Origin: a virus
Taxonomy: Duplodnaviria; Caudoviricetes
Length of the DNA stretch: 64,000 nucleotides
IMG/VR virus record: IMGVR_UViG_3300026549_000895
Span: 175,831 to 239,830 of that record
Direction: 5' to 3' (one strand)
Part shown: positions 61,105-64,000 of the stretch, piece by piece
Layout of the letters: each line of letters opens with the position of its first letter
Numbering within the stretch: the first letter of the stretch is position 1
The notes under the pieces: generated by a model
Seen by the model: the letters and a program-made list of their open reading frames with translations, nothing else
Databases searched by the model: none
Told to the model about the DNA's origin: nothing
Position numbers and translations under genes: made by a program

Positions 61105-63276
61105 GTGTCTAACATAATGAAAATAGATAATAAGTATTATGATTTTGGGACAAAGAACAAATCTTTTCTTCAGACAGCTAAAGAATTAAAGATTCTTGGA
61201 ATAAAACATTGGTACTTCATGCTGGAAGTAAAGCATCCAGAACTTGGTGTTCAAGACTTAAACCCTCGATCAGATACTTTGACTGCTGAACAGCAAGGTT
61301 CTATTATTTTGGAATGTAAACAAAATATTTGGTATTACTTCCGAGAGGTATTTGCTGTTCCTGCAAGAGGTGCTCCGATGCCTTTGGAATTCTATTTACA
61401 TCGAGGAAGCTGCGCAATGATTTGGTGTTATCAACATAACATCGGTTTCATGGCTGCTTTTGTTCGTCAGGTTTATAAAACAACAACGGTATTGGGATTA
61501 TGTACATATGCTTTCTTATTTGATTTAAAGAACTCGACAATCCCATTCATGCATATCGATGGTGGTAAAGCGAAATCGAATGCAAAGGAATTCAGAGAAT
61601 ATGTAATGACATTACCACCATACATGAATCCATTCTATGAGATGAAGAAACCTCCGGGAATTGATTCTATCATTTATAAAGAACACAAAACATCAATAAA
61701 GATAATTGCTTCTGCTCAGAATGCTGTTGATGCAGAAGATAAACTTCGTGGTGATACTCCGTATGTAGCATTCATTGACGAGTGGGAGTTCATTGAACAT
61801 ATTGATTCAACAATGTCTGGTGCCGCTCCTGCTATTCACTCTGGTCGTGAAATCACAAAGAAGCTTGGTACTGGTAGAAACTGTATCATGATGATATCCA
61901 CACCTGGTAACTTGGAAACTACAACGGGTAAAGCTGCACAACGTATGATTGATGCAACTCAAAGATGGACTGAGCAATATTATGATATGACAGAGAATGA
62001 TATCGAATGTTCTTTCCAACTGGTATCAGAAGATGGTTCTATGGAAGCATTGACAATGGTTTATATGGAATACTTCCATTGGCAGCTTCGTAAAGGTGAA
62101 GAGTATCTCATCGAGAACTACAATGAATTTGCAAAGACCGGCAGATTTGCCGAGTATCGTAGAGGATGTCTTCTTGAAAGATTCCGTGGTTCTGATTCAG
62201 CTATCTTCAGACAGGAAGATATTGATTACATTGTTCAACACGAAAGACAACCAGAATATGATATCTTCATTCTTAAGAAGTTCCATCTGTATGTTTATAA
62301 GCATGAAGTATATGATGTTGATTTGACTTCAAATACTCCTTACTTCGATATCAATATTCCTTATTTGATAGGAATGGATATCTCATATGGTGGTGGTTCG
62401 GATAATACTGCAATCATTGTAGTACATCCTTACACTCTTGAGATTGTTGCTGAGTTATCATCTCCATACATCGGTAACAATGACCTCACTGAGTTATTCT
62501 TGGCTTTGTGTAAACTCATTCCACATGGTGTATTCTGTCCAGAAGCAAACTCTCCTGGAAAGGTACTGGTTGATACTATTCAAACTTATGGTCTTGAATA
62601 TCGTGTTTATCACGATCCTCAACTTGACCTTTCTAAGAACGTTGTTCAGAAAACAGATTCACCTCAAGTTGCAATGCAGAAGAAAGCTCACAACAAACAA
62701 TACATCGGTGTTACTGTTAATGAGAAGAACAGAAAAGAAATGTTCCAGATGCTCATAGCAACAGTAAAGGATTACCGTACACTCGTCACATCACATTATC
62801 TCATAAAGGATATACAGAATCTCGTTATTAAGAAAGACAAGATTCAGGCAGATACAGGTGAACATGATGACATGGTAATGGCATATAACCACGTGCTATA
62901 TGTATTGAACTTTGGTCATGACTTAACCAGATTTGGTATCGATAAAACCAAGTGCACATACAACACAGCTCGTCAAGCTGTTCATGATTATATTGAACAG
63001 AAAGCCGAAGAGGTTGTTGATAATATTCATCTGTATGACCACAGAACATATCAAGACCAAGTAAGAGATGATATGTTATCGAACGATCATTCCTCAATGG
63101 GATTTGGTCCTGATGGATATGATGAGTATGGTTATAAGTATTCGGATTATCACGAATATGGAACGCATCGTGATGAGTTAGCTGGTAATACTCCATATGG
63201 ACACAAAACGAATACCAATCCATATCCTTCATTATCAGCAGGCGTTTTGAAAATGTTTGTTGATATGAATGACTAA
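61105..63276 (+). CDS. terL: Terminase large subunit
   Basis: RQVYKTT (Walker A variant), AFIDE, ISTPG, GMDISYG...DNTA, HDDMVMA; GTG start with SD. Confidence 0.9.
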   Translation: MSNIMKIDNKYYDFGTKNKSFLQTAKELKILGIKHWYFMLEVKHPELGVQDLNPRSDTLTAEQQGSIILECKQNIWYYFREVFAVPARGAPMPLEFYLHRGSCAMIWCYQHNIGFMAAFVRQVYKTTTVLGLCTYAFLFDLKNSTIPFMHIDGGKAKSNAKEFREYVMTLPPYMNPFYEMKKPPGIDSIIYKEHKTSIKIIASAQNAVDAEDKLRGDTPYVAFIDEWEFIEHIDSTMSGAAPAIHSGREITKKLGTGRNCIMMISTPGNLETTTGKAAQRMIDATQRWTEQYYDMTENDIECSFQLVSEDGSMEALTMVYMEYFHWQLRKGEEYLIENYNEFAKTGRFAEYRRGCLLERFRGSDSAIFRQEDIDYIVQHERQPEYDIFILKKFHLYVYKHEVYDVDLTSNTPYFDINIPYLIGMDISYGGGSDNTAIIVVHPYTLEIVAELSSPYIGNNDLTELFLALCKLIPHGVFCPEANSPGKVLVDTIQTYGLEYRVYHDPQLDLSKNVVQKTDSPQVAMQKKAHNKQYIGVTVNEKNRKEMFQMLIATVKDYRTLVTSHYLIKDIQNLVIKKDKIQADTGEHDDMVMAYNHVLYVLNFGHDLTRFGIDKTKCTYNTARQAVHDYIEQKAEEVVDNIHLYDHRTYQDQVRDDMLSNDHSSMGFGPDGYDEYGYKYSDYHEYGTHRDELAGNTPYGHKTNTNPYPSLSAGVLKMFVDMND

Positions 63277-63319
63277 AACGAAAAGAGTAAACTATACTTA
63301 CTCGAAAGGAGTGTGAAAT

Positions 63320-63910
63320 ATGGAAGAAAAAATAGATTGGTGTCAGGAATCTTTCAGCTGCACTGATGTTGAAATTGAAGATGATAATGACATCGTAATC
63401 GAGTTTGTTAATAAAGATAACATATCTTTCAAACTTGACAAGGTTTGTAATTCCATCATTAAAACACTTAATAAAGTTATCGAAAAAGAAAACCCCACCA
63501 GAGGTTTTCTGTTGAATCTATACAAGCCAGCTCAGACTAAGAAGTCTGATGAATTTGGATTTGGAGATTCTTCAAACGATGGAAAAGAAATTATCAACTT
63601 CAAACGTCCTTTCCAACAGACGGCAAATATCAAACCTTTTGTCGAGTTTAAGAAACTTGAGAAAAAGATTGATAAGAAGTATAAACTTCAGAATGCTTTA
63701 TCAACTGAAAAGGTTAATGCTGTAAAAGCGGCTGGAAAGGCAATTGATAATCTTGTCGAAGATATCAATGCTTTGATTGCCGATGATAATTCTCCTGATT
63801 CATTGATAGAGTCAATAGTTGATCAACATAAATCTTTGAAAGAAAAGATTGATAAGTTAATCAACGTAAAGGATTTGACCAATGATGAAGAGGCAAATCC
63901 AACTGTATAA
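63320..63910 (+). CDS. Hypothetical, possibly head-packaged protein
   Basis: SD aaaggag; N-terminal WCQES motif. Confidence 0.7.
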   Translation: MEEKIDWCQESFSCTDVEIEDDNDIVIEFVNKDNISFKLDKVCNSIIKTLNKVIEKENPTRGFLLNLYKPAQTKKSDEFGFGDSSNDGKEIINFKRPFQQTANIKPFVEFKKLEKKIDKKYKLQNALSTEKVNAVKAAGKAIDNLVEDINALIADDNSPDSLIESIVDQHKSLKEKIDKLINVKDLTNDEEANPTV

Positions 63911-63921
63911 AAAGAAAAAAG

Positions 63922-63950
63922 ATAACCCCACCAATCGGTGGGGTTATTTT
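63922..63950. terminator. Bidirectional terminator
   Basis: ataaccccacc-aatc-ggtggggttat with A and T tracts; same stem core as 1491. Confidence 0.8.
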
Positions 63951-64000
63951 AATCTTCATCAAGCTCAGCAAGAAGATCATCGAGCTTATAAACCCGGTGA
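63949..64000 (-). CDS. 3' end of a gene entering from beyond the window
   Basis: ...HRVYKLDDLLAELDED-stop, converging on the terminator. Confidence 0.45.
   Translation of the reverse strand, partial: HRVYKLDDLLAELDED

Noticed and set aside
855-63950. CRISPR array or insertion-sequence ends among the palindromes
   Set aside because: Hairpins are dispersed singly at gene ends, with no repeat-spacer periodicity or transposase
1-64000. Stop-codon reassignment, introns or inteins in RNAP, terminase or topoisomerase genes
   Set aside because: Genes are intact in the standard code at expected sizes; no intein or homing-endonuclease motifs seen
1-64000. Phage nucleus (chimallin) or tubulin genes
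   Set aside because: No recognisable motifs in this window; the rest of the genome cannot be judged

Overview
A 64-kb segment of an AT-rich jumbo myovirus of the phiKZ/AR9(PBS1)-like type. Strong AAAGGAG(G) Shine-Dalgarno sites suggest a Bacillota host. It encodes three pieces of split multisubunit RNA polymerases, a prohead protease, major capsid, tail sheath and tube, a multi-enzyme tape measure, baseplate and fibre proteins, large terminase, a type II topoisomerase B subunit, a RusA-like resolvase and tRNA-Gln(UUG). Best leads: (1) putative head proteins share a (V/I/F)-x-E-(A/S) motif, probably the prohead-protease site, and two appear to be polyproteins in which such sites flank foreign domains (M48-like zinc protease, SMI1/KNR4 immunity domain inside a 33-bp direct repeat, permuted papain-like amidase); (2) a stand-alone ~240-nt pseudoknotted RNA with its own promoter and terminator, and a ~125-nt rod-like RNA behind the tRNA; (3) five G5 runs at an apparent strand-skew switch (candidate origin); (4) two promoter-like motif classes separating replication from virion genes; (5) a candidate -1 frameshift in a tail chaperone-like gene. 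All calls come from reading motifs by eye; no searches were run.
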